The notes beneath the pieces are model-generated. The model saw only the letters and a program-made list of their open reading frames with translations, did no database searches and was not told where the DNA came from. Shown piece after piece: positions 14,092 through 63,660 of a stretch of 64,000 nucleotides of DNA (the first letter of the stretch is position 1; the number at the start of each line of letters is the position of its first letter). The position numbers and the translations under genes were made by a program. The stretch covers positions 2,744,907 to 2,808,906 of the forward strand of contig CAVNZM010000001.1 in NCBI GenBank assembly GCA_963693365.1, read 5' to 3'. Origin of the DNA: Amoebidium appalachense (lineage: Eukaryota; Protista; Ichthyosporea).

Positions 14092-14742
14092 ACTGCCGCC
14101 GCCGGAGGCCTACTTGTGATGCATGCTGTGTGTGCTTTGCAAAATCTTTGTTATGTAGGTCATTGTCGATGTGTATTTCGTGCCCTGATGCATTCTACTA
14201 CCCCCCCCCCCCCCCCTCCTCCCCCCCCCCCCTCCTCCTCCTCCTCCTCCTCCTCCTCCTCCTCCTCCTCCTCCTCCTCCTCCTCCCCGGGCTGCATCCG
14301 TCTCTTGAATCTGGTCGTTTTGTGAGTGACTGTGTGTGTTAGGTGTGCCTATGGTTGTGCTAATGTTGTGTTGACAGTTTCTGCTGACAACGAGGAGTGT
14401 GTTTCTGTATGATTGGGATGTTTGGGTTTGTGATATCGATAGGGAAGGTGTCATGGATGGTGGTGGTGGCGGTATTTGTTGACGCATGTGTGTGTGTGCA
14501 TGGGATGGGGTTAGGGTGGTGTGCGTGTGTGGGTGGGTGGGGGGGGAGGGGGGGATGAGAAGTGGCGAGGATAGAGGGTTTTCTGTTTGCAGAATATAGA
14601 ACTGACTCGTGTGTGTTTTCAGGCCATGTCCGAGAAGGAGCAGGTGGAGTGGCTGATGCAGGCCACAAAGAATGAGATGACCCCCCAGGAGAGAGAGGAG
14701 CTGGAGCTCAGAGCCGCACTAGAGGCCAGCTTGGCCGACTAA
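524..14742 (+). CDS. EPS15: Eps15-like endocytic adaptor (3 EH domains, coiled coil, DPF motif, C-terminal tandem UIMs), ~741 aa, 18 exons
   Basis: Phase-consistent GT-AG exons: 524-592, 1580-1693, 2539-2847, 3298-3355, 3830-3957, 4933-5089, 5552-5701, 6548-6666, 7352-7556, 8213-8283, 9847-9990, 10264-10401, 11001-11162, 11783-11828, 12402-12436, 13067-13097, 13868-14037, 14623-14742 (2226 nt). EH signatures [50 protein letters not shown] and [27 protein letters not shown]. It ends [32 protein letters not shown], like the Eps15 UIM pair. The three smallest exons are inferred from phase. Confidence 0.9.
1417..1560. repeat. Intronic minisatellite, 3 x 48 bp
   Basis: Units YATATACACC..GAACGCYTGTG..GTTTTCCTGYCGTGATY at 1417, 1465 and 1513, just upstream of the EPS15 exon 2 acceptor. 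Confidence 0.9.
1737..1814 (+). mobile_element. 5'-truncated 3' tail of the poly-C-terminated element family
   Basis: TGTGTACTTCGTACTTTATGGC.GATTCAAC closely matches 4159-4189. It is flanked by C-tracts on both sides. Confidence 0.75.
4008..4189 (+). mobile_element. Poly-C-terminated element, copy A, with putative permuted hammerhead ribozyme
   Basis: Stem III is ACAGTATCTGAGT (4008-4020) paired with ACTCGGGTACTGT (4052-4064). GUU at 4019-4021, GAAAC at 4049-4053, CTGAGGA at 4083-4089, stem I GGG/CCC. The tail ends GCATTCAAA followed by a C-tract. Lies in EPS15 intron 5, sense strand. Confidence 0.7.
8885..9549. mobile_element. PIF/Harbinger-type (Tourist-like) MITE, 665 bp
   Basis: Perfect 16-bp TIR GGGCGTGTTTGGCAGC (8885-8900) / GCTGCCAAACACGCCC (9534-9549). 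TTA target duplication at 8882-8884 and 9550-9552. Internal sub-TIR copies near 8946 and 9427. No microsatellites and no transposase ORF. Confidence 0.9.
14105..14200 (+). mobile_element. Diverged 3' tail of the poly-C-terminated element
   Basis: GGCCTACTTGTGATGCATGCTGTG...TGTGTATTTCGTGCCC..GCATTCTA plus C-tract parallels GGCTCTGCTTATGACGCATACTGTG...CGTACTTCGTAC..GCATTCAA. Confidence 0.55.
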
Positions 14743-15199
14743 GATATATATGTTAGGTGTATAATATGTGACTCTTATTGGCTTTACCGTGTTATGTAGT
14801 TGTTCTGTTCGTGAACGTTAAATATGATAAGTATGGTGCGAGGTGGGCTAGTCATTGGTTGGTGTCACTGTGTGGATCTCGGATTCGATTCATTTTTCCA
14901 CATCGCATTTCCTGAATATTGTCTTGCTTTGGATTTTGATTCACTTGCAAGAAAAATGTTATGGTGGCAGATTGTTTTTTAATTTGCTTGTTATCATAGA
15001 TGTTGCCGACGATACAGTTGTATATGTCTTATTTTCAGGATCTGCCTTCTGGAGAGTGTTCCCCATTGAAACGGAAACCCGGCTTGGTTTCGGTTTGTTG
15101 CGTGTTTTTTTTTTTTTTTGTAGATTTATATGGCATTGTTTGAAGAAAAAAAAGTGCACCTTAGAGGTGTGAGGGTGTGTAAGTAAGTGGGGCGTGAAT

Positions 15200-15234
<35 letters not shown>

Positions 15235-15556
15235 GCAAATGTTGTGTGCAAGCTACTTTTTGTTTACAATCATAATGGTACCCGCTCCACCCCATTGTTA
15301 ATGGGTGCTTTGTATATTAGTTCCGAGTGGGGATGATAACTACGAGTAGTGATGTCTGGTGATAGTTCTTGGGATATATTTTATGTTGCAGTGGGCTAGG
15401 CCACAGATTGCACTGAAGTAAGAAGTATGATGAACACGCACATGAGTTTATATATTAGAAATAAACAAGGTGGAAATGTTACATAATATGCCCATGCGTG
15501 AGGCTGTTACACCACTTGCATGTAACCTATGTGCGAAGGAGAACACATACATACCC

Positions 15557-15590
<34 letters not shown>

Positions 15591-15802
15591 ATGTGTTGGT
15601 GCACGCGCGCCGTGCAGGTCAGTGTGAGCCTGTAACTGTGCGCGACAGTGTTAACGTTTTCAACACATCGTGTTTTCCATTTTCCAGATCGTAGGCCAAC
15701 CTGCAGGCATCGTGCATGTGGCGGGGCAACACCAGCGTATCACGGGACATGTAACCATGTTAAATTCACAATTGCAATGCAAAATACCCTTTTTTTTTTT
15801 TT

Positions 15803-15852
<50 letters not shown>

Positions 15853-15917
15853 ATGTGTAATGATGGTGGCCCACGGTTGGGTGGTGTGGTGTGAAGTGGT
15901 TGTGGTGTGGTGGTGGT

Positions 15918-15989
<72 letters not shown>

Positions 15990-16857
15990 GAGAGGGGGGG
16001 GAGGGGGAGGGGGGAGAAGCGCCGGGGGGGAAGGGGGGGGGGGGGGGGGGGGGAGGGATTATGGACACTATGTACAGATCTCGGACACACAAATTTAGGG
16101 GGGTTGGGGGTTGGGGGAGGGGGGGAAAGGGAAGGAGGTTTCGATTGTGGTGTACATTCAGTTTGACAGCAAGGCGTGACTCTAAGCTTGGCAATCATAT
16201 TTACCCGTCACAGGCGGCCGCGGAACCATGTCTTTCCATCAGAGCCTTGCAATTGTGTCAACTTTTTCCACTAGGTTCGCTTTTCTAGGCATCTAGGCAC
16301 GTTGATCATGAGGACTCCATGAAATTTTCGGTCTCTCTCTCCCTCGCTCTTTCCCCCCCGTGCCTGGACACAAAAACACCTTTGTGCATCACTTGCGCTA
16401 TTATGCAAACCCTTCTCACGCCTTTTCCCCTGTGGGCGGCCACGGAGACACTGTGTGCAAGCAAGCCGGCTGTACGATTGATGCCAACCACAGTGTAGCT
16501 GCTATGTGCAAGGATCACTGGCTACCACATGTACGGTTATTACCGTTTATTCTTTCTTCTGACCCAGATGTCAAATAATTGGAGACTGGCGTATATGTAC
16601 ATGGGGTTTACTTATTCGAGGCAAAGAGAGACCAGTCTCAGGTATGGGGGGGGTTTGCTCGGAATATCCCCTCAGCAGTATATCATGATCACGTACATAG
16701 ATGTCGGGTGATGATTATATATCAGGGTTTACTTTCTCTACGAGACACCATAAAGACTAAGAGAAATCAATTAGTTGGGGCTCCCCGCTTTTTTTTTTTT
16801 TTTTTTTTTTTTTTTTTGTTTTTTTCGGGCTCCCCTGGGACACTCGGTATCAGCTGG

Positions 16858-16889
<32 letters not shown>

Positions 16890-17936
16890 AATAGAATTTT
16901 GTAATGATGTGTTTCTCAAGCCAATCAATACATCTAATAAACAGGCCGTAGTTACGCGTGTTTAGTATAAAATCAGGGATGTTGTAATTTTCAGGTAGGC
17001 TATCTTTCTGGGTGTCTGTTGTGAATGTGACGTGTGTGTGTTGCGGTATGATGTGGTCTATCAAACTACATTTGGCGATACATGACCGTTTAAACTGGTG
17101 TGTGTTTGTGTTGTGTGGGCATGCAAACGATGCCACCTTATACTTAATAGATCTCCACTGTATAGCACGTGTACAGTAAAAGCGTGGTACGTGATCAATA
17201 ATACCATCAGCTAGAGAAAGACCAATTCTACAGGAAGGTAATGTGTATTTAGGTGTTACACATTTGCGAGTGCCATATTTGGCAATATGGTTAAGGCGGT
17301 CATTATATGTAAAACGAGACATAAGGCTTAGTTTTTCAAGGTGTATGCTTTCATCGGGTCTGGTGTCGTGTGGTATCTTTTTCCATTTGTTATATTGCGT
17401 GATTATCTTGTGATTGTGTACATGTCTAATAAGTAAGTGGCAGTCCAAAGTCACACGCACACTTTTGCGGGGTTTATTTGTATTTGTGCCCGGGGGAGAA
17501 GGAGAGAGGGAGGGAAGGAAAGAGGGGAGAGGTGAGGAGGGGACAGGTCGGATAGAGAAGAGAGGGTGGGAGGGCAAATACTTTTTTAAGCGGCTTATGT
17601 GCTTTTATTGAAGCACTCAAATGTGTACACGTGTTAGATATAACATGTCCGAGATGTAATCGGCGATCACAAGGCTCTATTGATCGACGTACAACTATGT
17701 TCATGTCCAGGAGAATGTTAAGGTGCACTCCATACATACAGGAGAATTCTAAGGAACGCTCCATACATATATGCCCGTAACAAGATTTACATACGCAAAT
17801 ACCATCATACCTGCATTTAAATACGAAAACTCACTCAAGCATACCCCGTTTTGCCTATCAAAGGCTCGTAAACAAGCACATTCCATACGCATAATTCGAG
17901 TGCTGTTTTCAAGAGATACAAATTTTTTGCTGGGTA

Positions 17937-26618
<8,682 letters not shown>

Positions 26619-26986
26619 GAGATTAATGATGCCTGTGTTAGGCACAAACTTCCAACAGCGCTGACAGCATCAGCGGAGGGCAAGAGGGGGAGGAAGAGGG
26701 GAGGCAAGGGGTTGACGGAGAAGGGCAAGAGGGGGGGGAGAGAGAGGGAGAGGGAGATTGGAAGAGAGGAAGGGGGGGGGGAGGGGACGAAATGGAGAGT
26801 GCAAGGGAACAAGAGAGTTAAATAGAAAGAAAGAGAGAGGGGGTGGGAAGGAGGGGAAAAGGGGGAGAGAGGGGCGAGGGTGGAGGGGGCAGAGCGAGTG
26901 AAAGAGGGACACACATACCACATAGAGATGCAGACAGAGAGTGAGGGAGCGAGGGAAAGAGGGGAGGGGGGGTAGGGGGGGGTGGG

Positions 26987-27035
<49 letters not shown>

Positions 27036-28650
27036 GGAGGGGGGGGGAGATAGAGATAGAGAGAGAGAGAGAGAGAGGGAGAGGAGAGGAGAGAGGGGGG
27101 AGGGAGAGGGAGGGAGGGAGGGGGGGGGGGGGGGGAGAGGGAAGGAGGGAGGGAGAGAGAAAGAGGAAGGAGAGAAAGAGAGAGGAAGAACCGGTAAAAG
27201 GTTGGAATCACGTTTCAGTGGTTTCAGTGGGAGAAGCAAAAAAAAGACGACGCAGTACATATGAGGCCTTGCTGGGAAAGGCGGCGAAAGCTGGGGACCA
27301 CACAGTAAAACGATTGCAGAAGCCTATGTTCCAAATGAAATTGGTTGAGTCGCAAATAGAAAATTGAGGTGAAACGTTTTATGTATAGTACACGCCTTAG
27401 ATGCAGTGAACGTGATTGTGACAGGCGACATATGGGGACGGCCAGTATGGCGGTCCAGTGGAAGCTGACTACTGCAGGTGTGCCATAGTTCCTGTCACAC
27501 TCACCCAGGGTCCAGAGAGTCCAGATTTTGGGCACTGAGAAGTTGATCCTCAAGCACACTACCGTGGGAGTCGTCAAGGGAGGGCATCATGCCGTGTTTA
27601 TCCTGAACCCTTCTCAGATGTGTCAACCTTTGCTGTCCATGCACATGTCCAATACATCACTTACAGTCCGCGACGATGCGTGTGCGTGTTTGCTATGTCC
27701 GACACAGGGAGCTCTATACCACATAGGACACTGCCACTCTAGTCAAGTAAGAAACACAAAAACCCGCTCGATATCGGCCATGCTTGTAAATAGGGATGAC
27801 ATACAGCATTGCAGGTGGAAGGCTCTGTGTGTACAGTCAACGGTCAACAGAGTGCAACATAGAGGTCATCTATGTAACAGGTTACAGGTTTTCGAACCCT
27901 GGCATGGTATCCAGATCGTATGATACCGTATCCCACCTTTATCCAATCAAACCGCGACAAAAATAGTTCTGTACATACCGGCAAGATGAATGGATGATTC
28001 ACACATACTTTGCTGGGCTGAGCCTGTGGCCCAGCCTCTTATATTAGAAACAACCTCTACGAGTATCTGCCTTGCCGTCGTGCAAAGCATCTGCAGCTTC
28101 TGCCCAATGAATGTCTCTCATCTTCTGCGTTTAGAAAAGAGAAATATTGCCCTGGCGTGGACGGGGCGATATGCAGAAGCCGGATCTAAGGGGGTGGTGC
28201 TATAAATCCAATTAAAGTTAAGCTAATTCTACTGTTTTAGGCAAGTCATTAAATCTGGCCTAGATCTAACCAATCAACAACAAGCTCAACCTTCGCAGAG
28301 TCTTCAAAACACAGACAAAAAACAGCACCACTGTCCATCGTGCCCACTCGGAACTTTGCATGGTGCTTGAAGGGTGTATAACAACAGTGAATTACATTAC
28401 TGACACTACTGTGCCACATAATAGAACGTGGACATGTATATTTGGCCGTGCTAATTGTACGTGTGCTGGCAGCAGAAGTGAATAGCTCGAGCTAGACAAG
28501 CCCCCCCCGGCCGCAGTCGACGCCATGAACCAATTGCAAACAGCTTCTTATATTAGTTAGCGGCCCACACCCAACTCTCCGAGTATTAAAACAGTATTGG
28601 TGTATAAGGAATTCTACGAAATCCACACATTATTAATTATAAAACACAAA

Positions 28651-29214
28651 ATGTCGAGGCCATGTGCGGCATTATTATTAGGTGCGAGGGTTCAAGCGAT
28701 TATAAGCCGCGGAGGAGCGTACAGTTACAGGCTTGGAGCATTGGCGTTGGCAGCAGCACGTGATGCAAACCACATCCTGCCCCTGGCTAGCCGTGCCCTC
28801 CACTATAGCGACCCACAAGCAGCAAGCTCGCTAAAACCATTAAATAGTGTTGGAAAAGTTCCTATTACGTATGCACCAGGGCCACCGCAAAAACATGCCT
28901 GCAATTATAATCGGCCTTTACCACATATGAAAAACCAGAGTAGCTTGAAGGTGAGCGCAAGGGGTGCCCATCATCAAACGGCGGAGTCAACTCTTCTGTG
29001 GACACGGCCAACTGGCCCTGAGCAGGCTGAATATTCACACGGCCAGGAACGTCGTTATGAGATTTTCGATGGGACGGACACTGACCATCGCAGTACTCAT
29101 GTGGACTGGATGGCCGTCAAGATAAACCGTGCACAGCGTATTCGGATGATGGAGCTGGCAATCAGACAGACAGGCGTCTTTATTCCGCCAACTGTCAACG
29201 TCGGCCCACATTAA
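28651..29214 (+). CDS. Intronless hypothetical protein, 187 aa, possible mitochondrial presequence
   Basis: ACACAAAATGTCG start context in non-repetitive DNA. The N-terminus is R/A/L/S-rich with few acidic residues (MSRPCAALLLGARVQAIISRGGAYSYRL). No recognised domain. Confidence 0.45.
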   Translation: MSRPCAALLLGARVQAIISRGGAYSYRLGALALAAARDANHILPLASRALHYSDPQAASSLKPLNSVGKVPITYAPGPPQKHACNYNRPLPHMKNQSSLKVSARGAHHQTAESTLLWTRPTGPEQAEYSHGQERRYEIFDGTDTDHRSTHVDWMAVKINRAQRIRMMELAIRQTGVFIPPTVNVGPH

Positions 29215-29940
29215 CGTTTCGGCCCCGCTTGCTAAGTTGTTTTCACTGGTCCTGAGGACCCTAACCGGGAAAAAAACTCTGGACTGGCTGATACCTACTT
29301 AACACTTAGTCTAGCACTCCCAGCCCCCACCTTCCAGATCATGCAGCTTTATCAAACTGCCCTCCCACCCCCATTCTATCAGTGACAACTTGTTTACCTT
29401 GCAATTGCTTCAATTGGGATATCACAATCGAAAGTAAAGCCCTTGCGTATAATGTCGACGTCGCCAAGACTACCTCATGCAAAATGTATACGTAGTTCAA
29501 TGCCCGTTACCTACATAGCCTTGCAAACTCATGGCAAAGAACGGTTGGTCATGGTAGCTACTGTACATGTATATACACGCATGACACCCTCAACTGGCTG
29601 GCACAGTACTGACCGAGATCGATGCTCTGGATCTGAGAGCACACATCGAGCTCAATCCGATCATCATTGAATAAAAAGAATAATCTCCAGCTGTTACACA
29701 CTACTTATAAATTAGTTCGAAGAACGGTTACCAGAAGCTTGACAATGTTCTACAATGATGCCGTGCTGTGCAACTCAGCACGTCATCAGGAATGGTGACC
29801 AAAAAAAAAAAAAGGGAAGAAGAAGAAGACGAAGTGCTGGGCGGGGAGGGTGGGAAGGGGGATGAGGGGGGAAGGGGGGGAGGGGGAGGGGGAGGGAAGG
29901 GATCGGGAAAAAAAAAAAATTAACAACCCATGGCATGGGG

Positions 29941-30018
<78 letters not shown>

Positions 30019-32783
30019 AAAAAAAAAAAAAAATCTTGTCTGTGTTTTGTGTCTGATCTGGTACCAGGTCCCTTACCAGCGTGTCTGCGACCCATGCGTA
30101 TATGTTCACTTTGCTCCGCATCCTCCTGCAGTGTTGCAAACAAACACCGCACACCTGCGCTTGTCACAGTGGGTGCCGCTGGGCACAGGTGACGAAGTTG
30201 TGCCCAATGTGCACATCTGTGTGACTTGTGAGCGCGCGCGCGCGTGTGTATTTGTGTGTGTGCGCGCGCATGCGCACGCGTGCATGCATGTACATGCGCG
30301 CGTGGCTGTGCACAGCTGTGAGTTTGTGTATGGTTGTACACACACACTTGCAGTAATCTACGTGCGCCTACGGTACGGTACGTGATAATAACATCTAAAA
30401 AAGTAGGAATATTGGACACTTGCAGTGTGAAACACGTTAAGGGAAGGACTTGCAGTGGAAAAGATGTTAAAGGGAGGTCGTGTTATCAAGGTTCATACAA
30501 ATGGCAAACTCGTAAAATAGTACGTGGAACTATTCAATCCCTCCCCCGCCTTTTTTTTTTCCGTTTCGCGTCACACAGGCTACAACCTCAGGTCACTTTG
30601 GTCTATCACTATGATTTTCTATACACCAGGATGTATACCGAACGAGTGTGCAACAATAGTTGATAGGCACTGGGGGGGGGGGGGGGGAGGGGGAGTATAG
30701 CCGTAGGCAGTGTACACCCGCACCTGACATTTTTCGGGTAAGAGAGGATCAGGAATGAACGGCCCAAGGGGGCCCGGGGAGTCCGGGGGAGAGGGGGGAG
30801 GTAGGGCCCCGGGAGGGGGTTGTGGGGAGAGAGGGAGGGGGGGGGGGGGGGGGGGGGGGGGGGAAGGGGAAGGGAAGGATGGGGATGTAGGGACGGGGGG
30901 TCCGTTTACCAGCCCGAGGGCCGAAATACATAATTCCGTGAGTGCGTGTAGTTAGCTTTTAGCCAAAAAAAAGGGGCAAAGGGAAAGAGGTGCTTGTGAT
31001 GATTCGTGCTGAGTGTTGTCGTTCAAGTTAACGATTGTCGTTGTGTTGCCATTGATAACTTGTTTGATTCACGCAAGTGTTACAAATGTTGTTACAAATG
31101 TTGTGCAGTGTTCTTTCTAAGAAGTGATTGTGAGGTGTTGGAATCAATGCTGGCGGTCACGATGGGGAGATGGTAACGAGCATCCCCTAGCCTTGTACTC
31201 CCAACAATAACAAGCTTTCAAGTTTGGCCGTCACTATCACCACCACCACCACCAACAACAATGAAATTTCTACAACCCCTGGTCATACACACACACACAC
31301 AAACATACACACACACACACAAACCGAAACGCACACACTAACTCCCCGAAAACCACACACACACACAGACACAGACACACACACACATACACATGATCAC
31401 CAACACCTACCCACCCACACTGTCACATACACACCCGCACGTCGGCACATCAACTCCGCTAAACCCACGGTTACTCTTAGACAAAGTAGAACACCCTGTA
31501 ACTGTGACGGTGACCCAATCTGATCAAAAGCTCTGTCACTTTGTCATCTATGACTCTATTTGCAAGTCTGAAACACAGTGACATAGGTGAATAGGGAGCC
31601 CAGCGTGTTCGTAATGCTGAAACAGTAAGTACATCTTGCTTGATATATCAGGTATATGAATATGCACAACTGCTTCTTTCCACCTGCAGCCACCAGCCCC
31701 TGGCCACACCACCGTTAAGATCTTGTATGCTTCTTGTACCACAGGCACCCAGAAGCAACTCTTTAACAGCCTTGGCTCGAATATGGCTGCGTTTCTATGG
31801 TAGCCACGGGAAGAGGGTGAAAAAAGAATAACAAAGCGGTTGAAAAAAAGAGGCACAAACATCTGGGTGTCCCAGCACTGAGGAAACAGGCGGTGGGGAT
31901 GGAGGGAGGGGGAGAGGGAGAAGGAAGGGGAGAGAGAGAGAGGGGGGGAGAGAGGGAGGCGAAGGGGGAGGGCAAGGGCAAGGGGAAGGGGGAGCAGGAG
32001 GGGGGAGGGGGACTCGAGGGAGAGAGAGGGAGGTAGGGAGGGAGGGAGAAATGACCAAGAATGAGCAACGTGGAAGAGGGAAGGGTGGAGGGGGGGGGGG
32101 AGGGGGGAGCACGCGGGATATCGTGTACGTGTGTGTGAGCGTCACGGTGCGTGTCTTAGCTCTGTGTGTGTGCCAGCACCAGAAAGAAGCCTTGCCAAGC
32201 GAAAGACAGACAACTGAAAGTGGGACCTGTGCGGTCAACAGGTGTTACGTAATGAACCGGCCCGAACAAGCCTCAGATTGCCCCAGGCTTGTAGGCAGGG
32301 AAATTTGGCGCCCTTTTTTTCGCCGCAGGCTAGCGGCCGAAATGCCAATGTCGGTGCCCCGGCAAAATGCACAGGCCCTTGCTCTAATATAGCTTCGCAC
32401 GCACTTGAAAGTTTTGGCCAGCCTAGGGAAGCACGGTACCGTGACGCAAGTACGTGCGAGAATACGGGGAGAAACAAAGAGAAGTCTACGCGGACGTGCG
32501 TGCATAGCCCTGCCGTTTTTGACAAGCAGGCTGTAGTGGATTAAGTAGAAGGGGGACTGCAAGTCTTTAGTAGTCGGGGAGTCAAGAGTTGAGGTTTGTA
32601 GAGAACACAAGTAGCTGGTGCCAGAGGCTTTAGGCCAACACAAGACACAATCTCGAACCGTAAAACAATTTTTTGCAGTTCGAAGGGGCTGTTATAACTT
32701 TAACGGGAGTCACCAAAGGAACATAGGGATTGGTCCATTTCACATGGAGTCATGGGTTGGAGCTCAGGCTAGTTTATGCCAAC

Positions 32784-61515
<28,732 letters not shown>

Positions 61516-63660
61516 CGTATATGTATGGTGGAATAAGTAATATTGAAATACACTAGGATGTTCCTGAAAGTTACCCTTGGTTTGTAGCACGATGGTAACC
61601 TGAAAGGGTGTACATGGGTGGCTGTTTATCGGACTTTTTGTTGATTGTTTTGTGATGTGTGCGTACGCATGTCTTACTGTTGGTTTCAAATTGGATGTGT
61701 GGGCTACGTGCACACTTCGAATAATACAATACACACACACACACACACACACACAGGCTACAGGCACATTCACCCACAGGCGTACAAGACTGAAGTACAC
61801 TGCCCACAGACAAGTCTCCTATGTTTATTTTTGTGTCTTGTCTGCTGGTTGTAATTTCTGACTATGTTTAGACTATCTGATCCAGAGCATGAATGTAGAG
61901 CACTGTACATATTCGTTTCAAAATCTTAAGTCTTTTTCTGAAGGAAAGTTCGTGTTTTTCATGGAATTTATTCCCCATACATACATATGCCTGCACGGCC
62001 CATCGATAATAATGGTGGTTCAACTTGTTCTACTTTGACCAGAACTTAATGGTGTGTACTGTCATATTTCAACAAGCACATGTGAATCATACTTATATAC
62101 CCCGAGTTCGTACACAGTTCAGGAATAGATGGTGTTGGAAACAAATTGCAACAGTGGCTTTCACTGCCCCACCTGCTTGGTTTCAACATCAAATAAATAC
62201 GATCCATGAGACTCGGTGACTGTCTTTCCCAGTGTCTTACGTACTCGAACTTGGAGAATATAATTATAAGCGAGGCTAGATCTACTGTACTTGAACCTCG
62301 GTGACATCGATATCAGTCTGTACGGTGACCATCGACTTGGGGAAAGAAGAAAAAAAATTATATCTCCCGGCCGGCCAAGGGCCCGAGCAGCCGTCACGTG
62401 ATCTGCCTGGAGTCCACGCCGCGCGGAAGCAGGCGCATCATTCTGTTCACGTGCACTGGGCTGAGTCTAATAGCTAATATTGGAGCTCACTTTTTGGCCA
62501 CACGAAACTCGTGTAATATGTCTAATTAGAAACCACTTCCGGTTTTTTGTTTTTTTGTTTTTCAAGTTGGGGGGGGGAGCCCGTGATCGGAGGGGGCCGG
62601 GGGCCCAGGCCCCAGGGGTCGGGGCCAGCCTAGACTTCGCTGCATGGTGAAAACGGGGTGGGCCTAGCTGATCATGATCCGCCGTTGGGCCTGACGCCGT
62701 ACAGTATTAGCTACTTTTTCCGTATATAAGTCTCAGTGATATCGAGCTATTTGAGCCTCGAGGCTCGGTGGTCGACACCCCAGGCATTGGAGGGAGTGTG
62801 TTACATTAGTATTTGCACATAATCATTCATGAGTGCCACTGTCGCACTTATTAATATTAATTTAGGTACTCGTTGTACGTGGGTTCCTGGCGGGATGACC
62901 GCCGGGATCCCGAGTCAGCTTCACCTGTAATAAAAGAATGCTGTTGAGGAATTTTTGCATCATCGGTGTGACCATGACAATCATGGCCGGACTGCCTGCC
63001 TGATCGACATCCATGTGCAGGCTGGCAATGCAGCATATATATACCCACAATCAGAGGCTTGAAAGATGTGTGGCAGTTTAAAGGGAAATGCAGTCATTGT
63101 AGCATCATAGAGTCATTTGAGCGCTATTTCCGCGCTGCATGCAAAGAAGTGCCTGCTGAGCCTAATAACTCAGACTTGAGTCAGTGTTGTACTCGGAATG
63201 TGTCCGAAATGCCTGGGTTAAATAACGGTAAACTAAAGATATACACAAGTTTGCGTCAATTTTTTTTTATAGAAGGATTACCCGGTAAATTTTCCAGACC
63301 GGTTTCAGTCGGTCGGACCCCTAGGATGAACCTCTAAAGAAGCCTAGGGGGGGACGATATAAACCCTATAAAACAATCTGCAAAATAAGGGTGCACACAA
63401 ATAACCCATATTGTTTGAGAAAACCTGGGCCTGAGATTACAGGAGACGTGTACATTTTCATCCGTATAGTTGGTACTTGAAAAAAAGAAAATTTAGGACG
63501 CCTCTTATTCGACCCCAGTGAATGGTGTCAGGGGGTTTTATCTGCCGTCAGAGGCTCAGGGCCCAAACAACGGCTGAAAACAAACAAACAAACACACACA
63601 AAAAAGAAGCCTTCAGTTCCCGTTTGTCTGGTTAGTGTGGGCCATTACACCCCCTTCGTC

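Noticed and set aside
29234-29280. CTGAGGA-CC..GG-GAAA that resembles a type III hammerhead
   Set aside because: Stem I cannot form (A/C at the closing pair) and stems II and III are weak. It shows no similarity to the repeat family.
62280-62710. TACTGTAC...GTACAGTA as transposon TIRs around a GC-rich segment
   Set aside because: Only 8 bp of symmetry, which does not extend. More likely promoter or intergenic DNA.
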